A DNA stretch of 64,000 nucleotides from Chitinophagaceae bacterium (GCA_024643645.1 JAHEMN010000003.1:1409-65408); one strand, 5' to 3'; shown: positions 46,344-56,503, numbered from the stretch's first letter. Notes: generated by a model from the sequence alone, not told the origin. Translations and numbers: made by a program.

Positions 46344-48023
46344 ATGGCAAGAGTTAGTTTAAAAAATATTATAGGAAAGAATAAAGAATTCAATTCAGTT
46401 GTAACAGCTTTGATCGAACAATTAAAATTAGATATTTGGATCGAAGATGAAAATGGCAAAGTTGTACTTGGAGATAAAAAAGAAAACAACGACCTGTCTT
46501 TCCCTGTTGAATTGAATGAAGAAATTGCCGGCTACGTAAAAGGTGATGAAAAGGGAGGATCTATCGCTACACTTCTTACCCAACTACTGAATAAAGAAGC
46601 AGAAAAGAAAAAAATGGGTAGTGAAGTTTTGAATCTCTACCAGGAGTTGAACGTTATTTTTAATTTCACGGAAACATTAACACAAACAATTGAACCGGAA
46701 GTAATAGCCCGGTTAACTTTAGAGCAAGCTATCCATTCAGTAGCCTCACAAAGTGGTGTAATTGTTCTTTGGGATGAAGAAACCAAAGAATTACAGATCC
46801 CCGCTTCTTCTGAGGTCTCGTTATTTGATAAAAAAAATATCAATAAAAATGCAGGTTTACTTTTAAGAATTGGTTTAAGTGGCCAATCTGAGATCATGAC
46901 AGATATTTCTGTTTTAAAAGAAAAAGGAATTATTGATGAAAGTGTACAATCAATAATATATGCCGCTATGAAAGTGAAGCATCGTATCATGGGTGCTATC
47001 ATTCTTGCCGGTAACAGTGCGGATCAATTTTCAGCCGGTCATCTTAAACTCTTAGTTACACTTGCACTTCAATCTTCAGCAGCTATCGAGAGTGCTATGC
47101 TTTTTGAAAAGAATATCAGGGAAGTAAAAGAAAGAGAAGAAGCAGTATTACGTTTACACGAGGTGACCAAAAAATTTGTTCCCAATGAATTCATCCGTTC
47201 ACTTGGAAAAGATGTTTTGACTGATGTAAAACTGGGAGACCTTGCTGAAAAGATCGTTACTGTTCTATTTACAGATATCCGGGATTTCACCACTCTATCA
47301 GAGATGATGACACCCGAAGAAAATTTCCGGTTTGTATCTTCTTTCAATGCAAGATTGGGACCGATCATTCGTTCGCATAATGGATTTATCAATCAATACC
47401 TCGGAGATTCTATCATGGCAATTTTTCCTGAAAATGCAAAAGATGCATTGCTAGCTGCCATTGATATGCAAAAAGCAGTACAAACTTTAAATGAAGAAAG
47501 AAGTAAAACCGGATTACCTGCTATAAAAGCCGGCATCGGTATGCATACCGGACCACTCATTATGGGCATTACGGGTGATGAGCAAAGAATGGATGCCTGT
47601 ACTATTTCTGATACTGTAAATACTGCTGCCAGGATCGAGAGCCTGACAAAACATTATAAGTCTCCACTCCTTTTGAGTGAAGAGACTTTCAAAGAAATAA
47701 AAGATCAGGAAAATTTCCATATCCGTCACCTGGGGTCAGTACGGTTAAAAGGAAAAAATAAATTATTGAATATCATCGAATGCATTGATGGTATTTCTCA
47801 ATCAGAGTTTGATAACAAAATGAAGACCTTACCGGTTTTCACTGAAGCAATGAATTGCTACAATGAACAGCAATTTGAAAAAGCTATCAATCTGTTTCAG
47901 TCAATCATTGAAACTGATCCGCATGATCTGACCGTTATGCATTTTATGTTCAATGCCAATAAATATCTCCGGGATGGTGTTCCTGAAAACTGGAAAGGAG
48001 CCGAAGAAATGCTGCAAAAATAA
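46344..48023 (+). CDS. GAF + class III nucleotidyl cyclase
   Basis: FTDIRDFT, QYLGDSIM, TISDTVNTAAR; central GAF-like segment. Confidence 0.92.
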   Translation: MARVSLKNIIGKNKEFNSVVTALIEQLKLDIWIEDENGKVVLGDKKENNDLSFPVELNEEIAGYVKGDEKGGSIATLLTQLLNKEAEKKKMGSEVLNLYQELNVIFNFTETLTQTIEPEVIARLTLEQAIHSVASQSGVIVLWDEETKELQIPASSEVSLFDKKNINKNAGLLLRIGLSGQSEIMTDISVLKEKGIIDESVQSIIYAAMKVKHRIMGAIILAGNSADQFSAGHLKLLVTLALQSSAAIESAMLFEKNIREVKEREEAVLRLHEVTKKFVPNEFIRSLGKDVLTDVKLGDLAEKIVTVLFTDIRDFTTLSEMMTPEENFRFVSSFNARLGPIIRSHNGFINQYLGDSIMAIFPENAKDALLAAIDMQKAVQTLNEERSKTGLPAIKAGIGMHTGPLIMGITGDEQRMDACTISDTVNTAARIESLTKHYKSPLLLSEETFKEIKDQENFHIRHLGSVRLKGKNKLLNIIECIDGISQSEFDNKMKTLPVFTEAMNCYNEQQFEKAINLFQSIIETDPHDLTVMHFMFNANKYLRDGVPENWKGAEEMLQK

Positions 48024-48026
48024 AAA

Positions 48027-48098
48027 ATTCAACCCCTTTTTTCCTCCATTCACCGACTTTCAAGGCATTTATACCCAATACATATTGACGATTCAACC
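48027..48098 (+). promoter_or_regulatory. Direct repeats at about 21-bp phase, candidate LytTR binding sites
   Basis: ATTCAACC 48027, ATTCACCG 48048, weak TTATACCC 48069, ATTCAACC 48091. Confidence 0.45.
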
Positions 48099-48131
48099 AT
48101 CACTCAGTAGTTTTATTTAAAATTTGAGAAC

Positions 48132-48944
48132 ATGAAAGATGATTTTGGAAGCAGATTCAATGAGCGGTTTGAGAACCGTAAAAAAAGGTGGGAGGCAAGA
48201 ATGGAAAGTAGGGGAAGACATGGACACATCTGGACAGGATTATTCATTATCCTTATTGGTGTAGCTGCATTAGTAAAAGCATCATTTACAAATCTTCCTG
48301 ACTGGATATTCAGTTGGCAGGTATTTTTAATTATACTTGGATTCTTTTTAGGCCTTAAACATAGTTTTAAAGGAAGTGCCTGGCTCATTTTGATACTGAT
48401 CGGTAGTGGATTTTTGATACGGGATTTTTATCCTGATCTTTCGATCCGTCGATACATATGGCCTTCAGTACTTGTACTTATTGGTGGCATCATTCTTTTA
48501 AGGCCCCGCCACCGGAACTTTGGTAGCAACGACTTTGAAAAAAAAAGTTTCAACAGTTCGGGTGTAGAAGATGCCACTATTATTGACGAAGCATACAATA
48601 CCAAAGAAGATTTTTTGAATAGTACCTGTATACTGAGTGGATGCAAAAAAATAATTATCTCCAAGAATTTTAAAGGTGGTGATGTAGTCAGCATTTTTGG
48701 TGGAACAGAATTAGACCTTAGCCAGGCAGATATGTCCAAACCTGCAGTAATAGAGATCACAACCATCTTTGGCGGTACCAAATTAATAATCCCTTCCAAC
48801 TGGGATATTAAAACAGATGTGGTAAATATTTTAGGAGGAATAGAAGATAAAAGAAGGATGCAAACAGTAACAGGACAACCGGAAAAAACACTGATATTGA
48901 AAGGCACTGTTTTATTCGGAGGTATTGAAATAAAAAGTTATTGA
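48132..48944 (+). CDS. LiaF-like membrane protein (cell-wall antibiotic response family)
   Basis: Four N-terminal hydrophobic segments; FKGGDVVSIFGGTELDL and IFGGTKLIIPSNW. Confidence 0.85.
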   Translation: MKDDFGSRFNERFENRKKRWEARMESRGRHGHIWTGLFIILIGVAALVKASFTNLPDWIFSWQVFLIILGFFLGLKHSFKGSAWLILILIGSGFLIRDFYPDLSIRRYIWPSVLVLIGGIILLRPRHRNFGSNDFEKKSFNSSGVEDATIIDEAYNTKEDFLNSTCILSGCKKIIISKNFKGGDVVSIFGGTELDLSQADMSKPAVIEITTIFGGTKLIIPSNWDIKTDVVNILGGIEDKRRMQTVTGQPEKTLILKGTVLFGGIEIKSY

Positions 48945-48982
48945 TCGTAAGATCATTCCAAGAACCATTTAAACTCATGCTT

Positions 48983-49342
48983 ATGAACTGGTATCTATCA
49001 AAAATCATTTTCAGGATAATTTGCGGTGATGGGAATCATGCTGCACAATTTGATGAACAGCTCCGTTTGATCTCAGCAAATAATGTTCAGGAAGCATATC
49101 AGAAATCTCAATTATTGGGATCGGGCGAACAAGATGTTTTTTATAACAAGGAAAAACAACTTGTACAATGGAAATTTATTGGTGTTAGTGATCTTTATCA
49201 ACTGAATGAGCTGATCGATGGTGCGGAACTCTATTCAAGAATTGAAGAAAAAGATAATGCAGATAGTTATATTCAGGTGATACACAAGAAGTCTGTTTCA
49301 TTTCAATACAGCCACTCTCAGAATATTTTGAGTTTTACATAA
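48983..49342 (+). CDS. DUF4288 domain protein
   Basis: MNWYLSKIIFRI, FDEQLRLISA, VQWKFIGVSDLY; upstream starts at 48977 and 48941 possible. Confidence 0.75.
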   Translation: MNWYLSKIIFRIICGDGNHAAQFDEQLRLISANNVQEAYQKSQLLGSGEQDVFYNKEKQLVQWKFIGVSDLYQLNELIDGAELYSRIEEKDNADSYIQVIHKKSVSFQYSHSQNILSFT

Positions 49343-49347
49343 TCAAT

Positions 49348-50397
49348 ATGTCAAAATCGCCACTTTCTATAGTAAGATTCAGGTTAATATTTTTGATATG
49401 CTGGCTGGTAATGGCAATTGATCAAATAATGGTATTGCATTTCTTCGGCTTATCATGGCAATCCGCAATAATAGACAGTGCCATCAGTAATACATTATTA
49501 CTCGCAGCCAGCATATTCGTTATGAACACTCTCCGGTATTATCTTCCAAGAGGTAAACAATATATTAATATTTTTGCGATCTGCCTTTTTCTTTCGATCA
49601 TCTGGTTATTGATCACACAGGCACTACTGAATTTAACACTGGGACATATCCAAGGATACAAAGAATTATTACATCAATCTTTATCCATTCGTTTCAGTAT
49701 CTCATTTTTATTATTGGGTTGTGTTACCATGATCAGTATTTTATGGTTCAATCAACTGGAGCAAAAAGAAATCGAAGAAAGAAAGATAGACGCAGAAAAA
49801 TTAGCTAAAGAAGCTGAGTTGTTTAAACTAAGGCAACAATTGCAACCACATTTTTTATTCAATAGTTTAAACTCCATTAATGCGTTGATAGGAACAAGAC
49901 CTGAAGAAGCAAGAAAAATGGTACAACAATTATCTGACTTCTTAAGAGGTACACTTAAAAAGGAAGAGACACAATGGGTTTCTCTTTCTGAAGAATTACA
50001 ATACCTGCAATTGTATCTGGACATTGAAAAGGTAAGATTTGGGAATCGTTTAAAAACTGAGAGTGACATTGATGAACCGGCGCTTGAATTCAAATTACCT
50101 GCACTACTGCTGCAGCCGGTTGTAGAAAATGCTATTAAGTTCGGCTTGTATGATACCACCGGCGAAACACTTATTCAATTATTTGCAAAGAAAGAAGCTA
50201 ATAATCTGGTAATCACCGTAACGAATCCTTTCGATCCCGAAACATCATCCCCCAAACAGGGAACAGGTTTTGGTTTAAACTCCGTTCAGCGACGTTTGTT
50301 TTTATTATTTGCAAGAACTGACCTGCTGACAACTTTTGCAAAAGAAAATATCTTTACAACCATTGTAAAAATTCCACAAGGAAAAAATTATGAATAA
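49348..50397 (+). CDS. LytS-type membrane sensor histidine kinase
   Basis: QLQPHFLFNSLNSI, IEKVRFG, LQPVVENAIKFG. Confidence 0.93.
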   Translation: MSKSPLSIVRFRLIFLICWLVMAIDQIMVLHFFGLSWQSAIIDSAISNTLLLAASIFVMNTLRYYLPRGKQYINIFAICLFLSIIWLLITQALLNLTLGHIQGYKELLHQSLSIRFSISFLLLGCVTMISILWFNQLEQKEIEERKIDAEKLAKEAELFKLRQQLQPHFLFNSLNSINALIGTRPEEARKMVQQLSDFLRGTLKKEETQWVSLSEELQYLQLYLDIEKVRFGNRLKTESDIDEPALEFKLPALLLQPVVENAIKFGLYDTTGETLIQLFAKKEANNLVITVTNPFDPETSSPKQGTGFGLNSVQRRLFLLFARTDLLTTFAKENIFTTIVKIPQGKNYE

Positions 50398-51130
50398 AAT
50401 AGTTATAATAGATGACGAACCATTGGCAAGAAGTATTACCAAAGAGTATTTACAAAAACATCCTGAACTTGAATTGGTTCAGGAGTGTAATGATGGATTT
50501 GAAGGACTTAAAGCTATACAGCAATACCAGCCGGATCTGATCTTTTTAGATATTCAAATGCCAAAGATCACCGGATTTGAAATGCTGGAATTAATTGATG
50601 AGCCTCCTGCAATAATATTTACTACTGCTTTTGATGAGTATGCCATAAAAGCATTTGAAGCTCATGCTATTGATTATTTATTAAAACCCTTTAACCAGGA
50701 ACGATTTGATAAAGCTATTGATAAATGGAAAGAGCAAACACCAACAAATAATACAAAGTCAACACAAGAATTGTTAGATTCTGCCTCACAATCGCCATCA
50801 CAGAGTCATCGCATTGTTGTAAAGAATGGAAGTAAGATAAAGATCATCCCTGTGCATGAAGTACAATATTTAGAAGCGGCAGATGATTATGTGAAAATTC
50901 ATACATCCGAAGGTTATTTTCTGAAGAATAAAACGATGACACATTTTGAAAATAGTTTAGACGGGCAGCAATTCGTCCGATCTCACCGATCTTATATTGT
51001 AAATGTGCAACAGATCACCCGGATAGATCCTTATGAAAAAGATAATCATGTAGCAATACTACGCTCAGGAGTAAAAGTACCGGTTAGCAGAAGTGGATAT
51101 GGAAGATTAAAAACGGTACTTGGATTGTAA
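50390..51130 (+). CDS. LytTR family response regulator
   Basis: IDDEPLAR, FLDIQMP, FVRSHRSYIVN. Confidence 0.95.
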   Translation: MNKIVIIDDEPLARSITKEYLQKHPELELVQECNDGFEGLKAIQQYQPDLIFLDIQMPKITGFEMLELIDEPPAIIFTTAFDEYAIKAFEAHAIDYLLKPFNQERFDKAIDKWKEQTPTNNTKSTQELLDSASQSPSQSHRIVVKNGSKIKIIPVHEVQYLEAADDYVKIHTSEGYFLKNKTMTHFENSLDGQQFVRSHRSYIVNVQQITRIDPYEKDNHVAILRSGVKVPVSRSGYGRLKTVLGL

Positions 51131-51142
51131 AGCTGAAAGATG

Positions 51143-52609
51143 CTAATGTTTGTGTCTTCTCTTAATAATACCACCCGAAGCTTCCTTGATTGTATTGGCA
51201 AATATGAATGCTTTCGGATCAACATCATGCACCAGGTTATTTAATTTTCTTAATTCGAGCCTGGAAATAACAGTAAAGATTATATCACAATCAGTACTTA
51301 CTTCAAATTTACCTGGCAGGAATCCCCTCTCCCCTTTATAAACAGTGATACCCCGTCCTAATTTATTTACCAGTTCATATTTAATTGCTTCACTTTCACC
51401 AGAGATAATTGTAACACCTGTATGAGCCTGCAAGCCTTCAACAACATAATCAATACTTCTGGTGGCAGCAAAATAAGTAAGTATAGAATACAATGCAGTT
51501 TCGACACCGAATTTCAAAGCAGCAATAGTGAAAATAAATATATTGATACCCATTATTATTTCAGTAATAGTAAATGAAGTTCGCTTTAATGTATATAAGG
51601 CAAACACTTCAATACCATCCAAAGCTGTTCCCGCCCTCATCACTAATCCGACTCCTGTTCCGAGAAACACTCCTCCGAAAATTGAAATCAGTAATTTGTC
51701 TTTTGTTAATGCATAATCAGGAACAAGTATTAATGCAACTCCCAATAAAATAACACTCAGGAACATTTTCAATGCAAATTCCTTTCCTACCGAAAAATAA
51801 CTAATAATGATCAATGGTAAATTGAATAAGACAATAACGATCGCCAGATTGAAATGATATAATTCATGCACAAGCAGTGATAAACCTGTTACTCCTCCAT
51901 CAAAAAAATGATTAGGAACCAAAAATGCTTTTAATGCAAAACTTGCAAGAACTACACCTACCAAAATAAAAACTGAATCCTGAATCAATTCTGTTAAAGG
52001 AGCTTTGTGACTGGTTGTATGAATGTTTTTAATAGAAGCTTTAATTCGGCGAAGCACAGCTTGCTTTTCTTCTTCCCTTTCTTTTTTTGCAGTTTCCGTA
52101 AAATAAGTATGCGTAGCCAGGAAATCCGCTTGTTTGATCTGCCACTCCGCTTTTGTTCTTACAAAACCTGTTTTTTTAAACTCCAGGTATAAATTATCTG
52201 CATAAGACTGGTATTGTTCTGTACCGAGGTAATACAAATCCGCATCACATAAATATTTTCCCAATTCTTCTTTTGGCGTTTGTGGCAGTCTTGTTGCCAT
52301 TATCATACTACAGATAAGTTCTATCTGCTCTTCGTTATATTCATAATCAGGTAAATATTTTCTGGCAAACTTACAGGAAAGCTCTTCATGCTTCTGATGG
52401 TTTTCTAAAAAACCTGTATCATGAAATAGTGCAGCAGTCTTTAAAAGCACTTTATCTTTTTCAGCAACATTTTCAACATTTGCCAGATGAGAGGCGGCAG
52501 CAATTACATACTTTGTATGTTTCGCATTATGGTAAGTGAGCCAGGAGGGTAGCTCATTTTCCAATTTTGACATAATAAATGTATATACCTTATCGTATTG
52601 CATAGCCAT
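51143..52609 (-). CDS. HD-domain phosphohydrolase fused to YitT (DUF161 x2 + DUF2179) membrane protein
   Basis: YHNAKHT, AALFHDTG, LCDADL in the first 200 aa; FDGGVTGLS and LGRGITVYKG in the C-terminal half. Confidence 0.85.
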   Translation of the reverse strand: MAMQYDKVYTFIMSKLENELPSWLTYHNAKHTKYVIAAASHLANVENVAEKDKVLLKTAALFHDTGFLENHQKHEELSCKFARKYLPDYEYNEEQIELICSMIMATRLPQTPKEELGKYLCDADLYYLGTEQYQSYADNLYLEFKKTGFVRTKAEWQIKQADFLATHTYFTETAKKEREEEKQAVLRRIKASIKNIHTTSHKAPLTELIQDSVFILVGVVLASFALKAFLVPNHFFDGGVTGLSLLVHELYHFNLAIVIVLFNLPLIIISYFSVGKEFALKMFLSVILLGVALILVPDYALTKDKLLISIFGGVFLGTGVGLVMRAGTALDGIEVFALYTLKRTSFTITEIIMGINIFIFTIAALKFGVETALYSILTYFAATRSIDYVVEGLQAHTGVTIISGESEAIKYELVNKLGRGITVYKGERGFLPGKFEVSTDCDIIFTVISRLELRKLNNLVHDVDPKAFIFANTIKEASGGIIKRRHKH

Positions 52610-52631
52610 TCTTTGATGGTCAATAATACTA

Positions 52632-53675
52632 TTAATCCATCACTTCATATATCGTTACAGGATTTGTTTTATTCTTTAAACTAACATCACCCACTTTTGA
52701 ACATTTAAATGATTCCTTAATTTTTTCGTATGAATTGTCATTAATGATGATCTGACCCGGGTTTGCAACAGTTTGTAATCGTTGTGCCACATTCACCACA
52801 TCACCAATAACGGTATAATCTAAACGACGGAGATTAGCAGAACCAATATTTCCTGAGATCATTTCTCCGCTGTTTATTCCTATTGAAACTTTGGGTGTAA
52901 ATGAAACATTATCTGATAAAGTTGGAAGTGCTTCAATTTGTGCCCTTACTGCAAGACAGGCATCAACAGCCCTGTCCAAATGATAATCACCACGAAAAAC
53001 AGCCATGATCGCATCACCGATAAACTTATCAATATAACCCTCTTGTGCTATTATTTCTTTTACGATCACATCAAAGTAATTATTTAGTAGTTTAACAACA
53101 TTATCGGCGGTTTCCTTTTCACTGATGGAAGTAAAGCTACATATATCAATAAATGCGACTGTCGCTTCAATTGTTTCATTGGCCGACAAAGAAGTTTCAA
53201 ATTCACGGCTACCCATAAAATTTAATACCGTTTCATCCACATACATCTTCAGAATATTATTCTCTTTGATCGCAGCCATTGTTTCCCGCATTTGCCTGAC
53301 ATGCTTCAATGTTTTTTCCATCGTTAATTCCAGGTCTTCAAAATTTACCGGCTTGGTAATAAAATCAAAAGCACCTCTGTTCATGGCTGTACGAAGATTT
53401 TCCATATCACCATAGGCTGATACAATTACAGATTTCAGTAAACTATTTTGCTCACTTAGTTTTGTCAATAATGTAAGGCCATCCATCTCAGGCATATTAA
53501 TATCACTCAGGATCACATCCACATCTTCATGAAGTTCTAATTGCTCTAATGCATGCTTTCCATTTACAGCGAAAATAAATTCATATTTATTCTCCCGTAT
53601 CTTCTGCCTGAATTTTTGTTTGATCAATACTTCCAGATCCGTTTCATCATCTACCACTAATATTTTTGCCATCAC
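52632..53675 (-). CDS. REC + class III adenylate cyclase
   Basis: SDINMP receiver; FIDICSFT, DKFIGD, DYTVIGDVVNVAQR. Confidence 0.92.
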   Translation of the reverse strand: MMAKILVVDDETDLEVLIKQKFRQKIRENKYEFIFAVNGKHALEQLELHEDVDVILSDINMPEMDGLTLLTKLSEQNSLLKSVIVSAYGDMENLRTAMNRGAFDFITKPVNFEDLELTMEKTLKHVRQMRETMAAIKENNILKMYVDETVLNFMGSREFETSLSANETIEATVAFIDICSFTSISEKETADNVVKLLNNYFDVIVKEIIAQEGYIDKFIGDAIMAVFRGDYHLDRAVDACLAVRAQIEALPTLSDNVSFTPKVSIGINSGEMISGNIGSANLRRLDYTVIGDVVNVAQRLQTVANPGQIIINDNSYEKIKESFKCSKVGDVSLKNKTNPVTIYEVMD

Positions 53676-54046
53676 TGAATTGATTTTAATTTTTCCTTTA
53701 ATAGTGAAAATTCTACAGGCTTTGTAAGAAAATCATCAGCTCCCAATTTCATTGCTGTTTCATAATTCTCTTTATCACCATAAGCGGTGATCATCATTAC
53801 CCTTGGCGGAGGGGCATTGTATTTTTGTTTTATTTTACCCAACAGGTCCAATCCACTCATACCCGGCATATTGATATCAGAAAGGATCAATACTGCTTCA
53901 TGATTATTCTCATTCAGGTAAACCAGGGCTTCTTCACCGGAAAAAGCAAATACAAAATCAATTTCATTGTTTTTGATCTCCTTCCGAAATCGTTGCTCAA
54001 ATAAAATTTTTACATCCTGTTCATCATCAACTACTAAAATTTTCAT
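53672..54046 (-). CDS. Single-domain response regulator
   Basis: ILVVDD, SDINMP, MITAYG, TKPV. Confidence 0.93.
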   Translation of the reverse strand: MKILVVDDEQDVKILFEQRFRKEIKNNEIDFVFAFSGEEALVYLNENNHEAVLILSDINMPGMSGLDLLGKIKQKYNAPPPRVMMITAYGDKENYETAMKLGADDFLTKPVEFSLLKEKLKSIQ

Positions 54047-54061
54047 TTTTTTGATTTATGC

Positions 54062-56092
54062 TTATTTAATTAATTGTATAATAAATTTAGTACCCTCTCC
54101 CTGATGCGATTCTACTATTAAATCTCCTCCGTGAGCTTTAACAATGTCAAAGCTTAAAGATAAGCCTAATCCGGTACCTTTTCCGGTAGGTTTGGTAGTA
54201 AAAAATGGTTGAAATACTTTATCCAGAATTTCTTCAGGAATTCCATTTCCATTATCAATTACTATAATTTCTGCTTTATTTCCATTATTTTTTGTTCGTA
54301 CTGTTACTGTTGGTTCATAATCAGGAATATTTAAACTTTTTTTCTCAGTAACTGCATAAAATGCATTTGTGAACAAATTTAAAATTACTCTGCCAATATC
54401 TTGTGGTATCACATTTACCCCTCCGTTTCCTGACGCCGTGACAGCTAATGATTCATCAAATTCGGTTTTAATAGTGGCATTAAACGATTTATCCTTTGCC
54501 CGTAAACCATGATATGCTAGACGCAAATATTCATCTGCCAATGCATTGATATCTGTCAGTTCTTTTACTCCGTTGCTGCTACGGCTATGCTGCAACATAC
54601 CTTTCACAATAGCATCGGCCCTTTTTCCATGAAAGATTATTTTTTCTTCATTGCTCTTTATATCATTTGCAATAATTTTTGCTTCATTAAAATTTCCCTT
54701 CTCAATCTCCTGTTCCAACTCCTCCGTTAGTTCTTTATTAACTTCTGAAAAGTTATTTACAAAATTTAAGGGATTTTGAATTTCATGAGCAATACCAGCT
54801 GTCAATTCACCAAGGCTTGCCATCTTTTCAGATTGAATAAGTTGTGACTGAGTAGCTTTTAATTCAGCAAGGGTTGATTCAACACTTTGCTTTGCTTTTT
54901 CAAGCTGTATAAAATCTTCATAACGGGCATATGCAATTGAAAATGTATCGGCCAATGAACTTACAATTTCAATTTCTTCATCTGACAGTGGTAATATATC
55001 ACCAACATAGATCATCCCATTTGTAAAAGGGATAAAATGCAGATCCATTTTTTCAGGAGCATTGGCAGCGTCCTGGTATTTTTCTTTATCGTCTATTTGA
55101 CCCTGTTCATACATGGACTGGGTCCAGTTATTAAAATCTGCTTCTTCCCAATGTTCTTTATAGATAGTCTTATTTCTCCAATGCTCAACAACATTGGAAG
55201 TAAGCGAGTTGGCTTCAAAAGATAATTTTAAAACAGCCAGCGAATGTCCATCCGGAGCTGACAGATACACATGTGCAATTTTTTCAATTTCATCGATCAA
55301 AAAAATACCACAACGAAAAAAAGGAACACCAAGAGATTTTAATTCGGACCACAATAATGGAGTGATCTTTTGAAGATCTTCGGTAGATCGCATACTTGCA
55401 ATTTGTCCTCTTACCCTATCCAGCGAAGTTTGTTTTAATGTTTCGTTAGCTTGTGCTTCAGCTTTTTGCAGATCCAAAAAACGGGTATAGATCAAACCAA
55501 AAACCTGTGCAAAACGGATCATCACATTACATTCTTCATTAGAGAGAGCCTGTTTGGATATAACATTTATAGCACCTTCAGAAAAAAAGAATGAATAAAA
55601 ATATTCATTTGGATTGTACACTTGATGTTTCGGCAATGACAAATAGGTTGACATTGTCTGATAATACTGCTTTACGTCATTTCCAGCCAACTCGGTAATC
55701 GCAAAAGGTTTATTTTGCTTTCTTGCGGGAATGATATTTTCATATACCGGATGAATGTGCAGATTAACATAATCCAGAATTCTTACTACCCCCTGGCTAT
55801 CTGAAACGGTGGTAAGCCATATTTCCATGGCATCATTCGCCTCATCAAAAATTCCAACGCCGGTACGTATCGCATTTATTTGGAGATCATTTAATTGTTG
55901 AAATAAAACGGAAGAAGTTTCTGCCAACTCAGAACTTGTACGCATAGCTGTTGCCTTTACCCTTACCTTTTCAAGGGCTGCCTCAATTTCAAGCTTCCTG
56001 TTCTTTTCCTTAATTTCAATATCCAAGTCTGCCAGTTTTTCTTCTAACCCGGCAATCCTTTCATTTAGTTTTTGTTCCTCCTGGTTGTTCAT
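54062..56092 (-). CDS. Cytoplasmic histidine kinase with two GAF-like sensor repeats
   Basis: EAALEKVR and SLDRVR repeats; GELTAGIAHEIQNPLNF; FFTTKPTGKGTGLGL; no hydrophobic helix. Confidence 0.9.
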   Translation of the reverse strand: MNNQEEQKLNERIAGLEEKLADLDIEIKEKNRKLEIEAALEKVRVKATAMRTSSELAETSSVLFQQLNDLQINAIRTGVGIFDEANDAMEIWLTTVSDSQGVVRILDYVNLHIHPVYENIIPARKQNKPFAITELAGNDVKQYYQTMSTYLSLPKHQVYNPNEYFYSFFFSEGAINVISKQALSNEECNVMIRFAQVFGLIYTRFLDLQKAEAQANETLKQTSLDRVRGQIASMRSTEDLQKITPLLWSELKSLGVPFFRCGIFLIDEIEKIAHVYLSAPDGHSLAVLKLSFEANSLTSNVVEHWRNKTIYKEHWEEADFNNWTQSMYEQGQIDDKEKYQDAANAPEKMDLHFIPFTNGMIYVGDILPLSDEEIEIVSSLADTFSIAYARYEDFIQLEKAKQSVESTLAELKATQSQLIQSEKMASLGELTAGIAHEIQNPLNFVNNFSEVNKELTEELEQEIEKGNFNEAKIIANDIKSNEEKIIFHGKRADAIVKGMLQHSRSSNGVKELTDINALADEYLRLAYHGLRAKDKSFNATIKTEFDESLAVTASGNGGVNVIPQDIGRVILNLFTNAFYAVTEKKSLNIPDYEPTVTVRTKNNGNKAEIIVIDNGNGIPEEILDKVFQPFFTTKPTGKGTGLGLSLSFDIVKAHGGDLIVESHQGEGTKFIIQLIK

Positions 56093-56230
56093 GAATATCT
56101 AATATAATCGATTGATGGATACCTTCAAACTATTGATACTATTACTCTAAATTGGAATAGTGCATTATATTGTTTTTATAGCATTCTAAAGCCAACATTC
56201 TACAACCCAGTAAGGGATAATAAACCTGGT

Positions 56231-56503
56231 TTATTCAGCAGTAAAAGGTTCAATAACATTGGCAATTTCTGTAATACTATTGGCAGGAAAACCTCCTAAC
56301 CTGGCATGCTCACGGATCAACTCTTCATTTGGAGACAAGTAAATACAATAAATTTTATCTCCGGCTACATAACTATGTATCCACTGTATATCTGTACCAA
56401 GAATACAAAGCACTTCTCTCGACTTTTTAGAAATAGCCCTTAATTGATCAGATGAGAAATTTCCAGCACCTGGGATTTGTCGTTCAATTAAAAATTTTGG
56501 CAT
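56231..56503 (-). CDS. DUF4242 domain protein
   Basis: MPKFLIER, IQWIHSYV, KIYCIY, IREHARLGGFPANSI. Confidence 0.85.
   Translation of the reverse strand: MPKFLIERQIPGAGNFSSDQLRAISKKSREVLCILGTDIQWIHSYVAGDKIYCIYLSPNEELIREHARLGGFPANSITEIANVIEPFTAE

Noticed and set aside
51143-53675. Cyclase plus membrane protein read as a Pycsar-type anti-phage system
   Set aside because: The cyclase has canonical adenylate Lys/Thr residues and a receiver domain, the membrane part is YitT rather than a Pycsar effector, and the context is two-component signalling
54415-54455. Short insertion (LAVTASGNGG) in the cytoplasmic kinase as a second REP element
   Set aside because: No convincing inverted repeat remains; cannot be supported from this window
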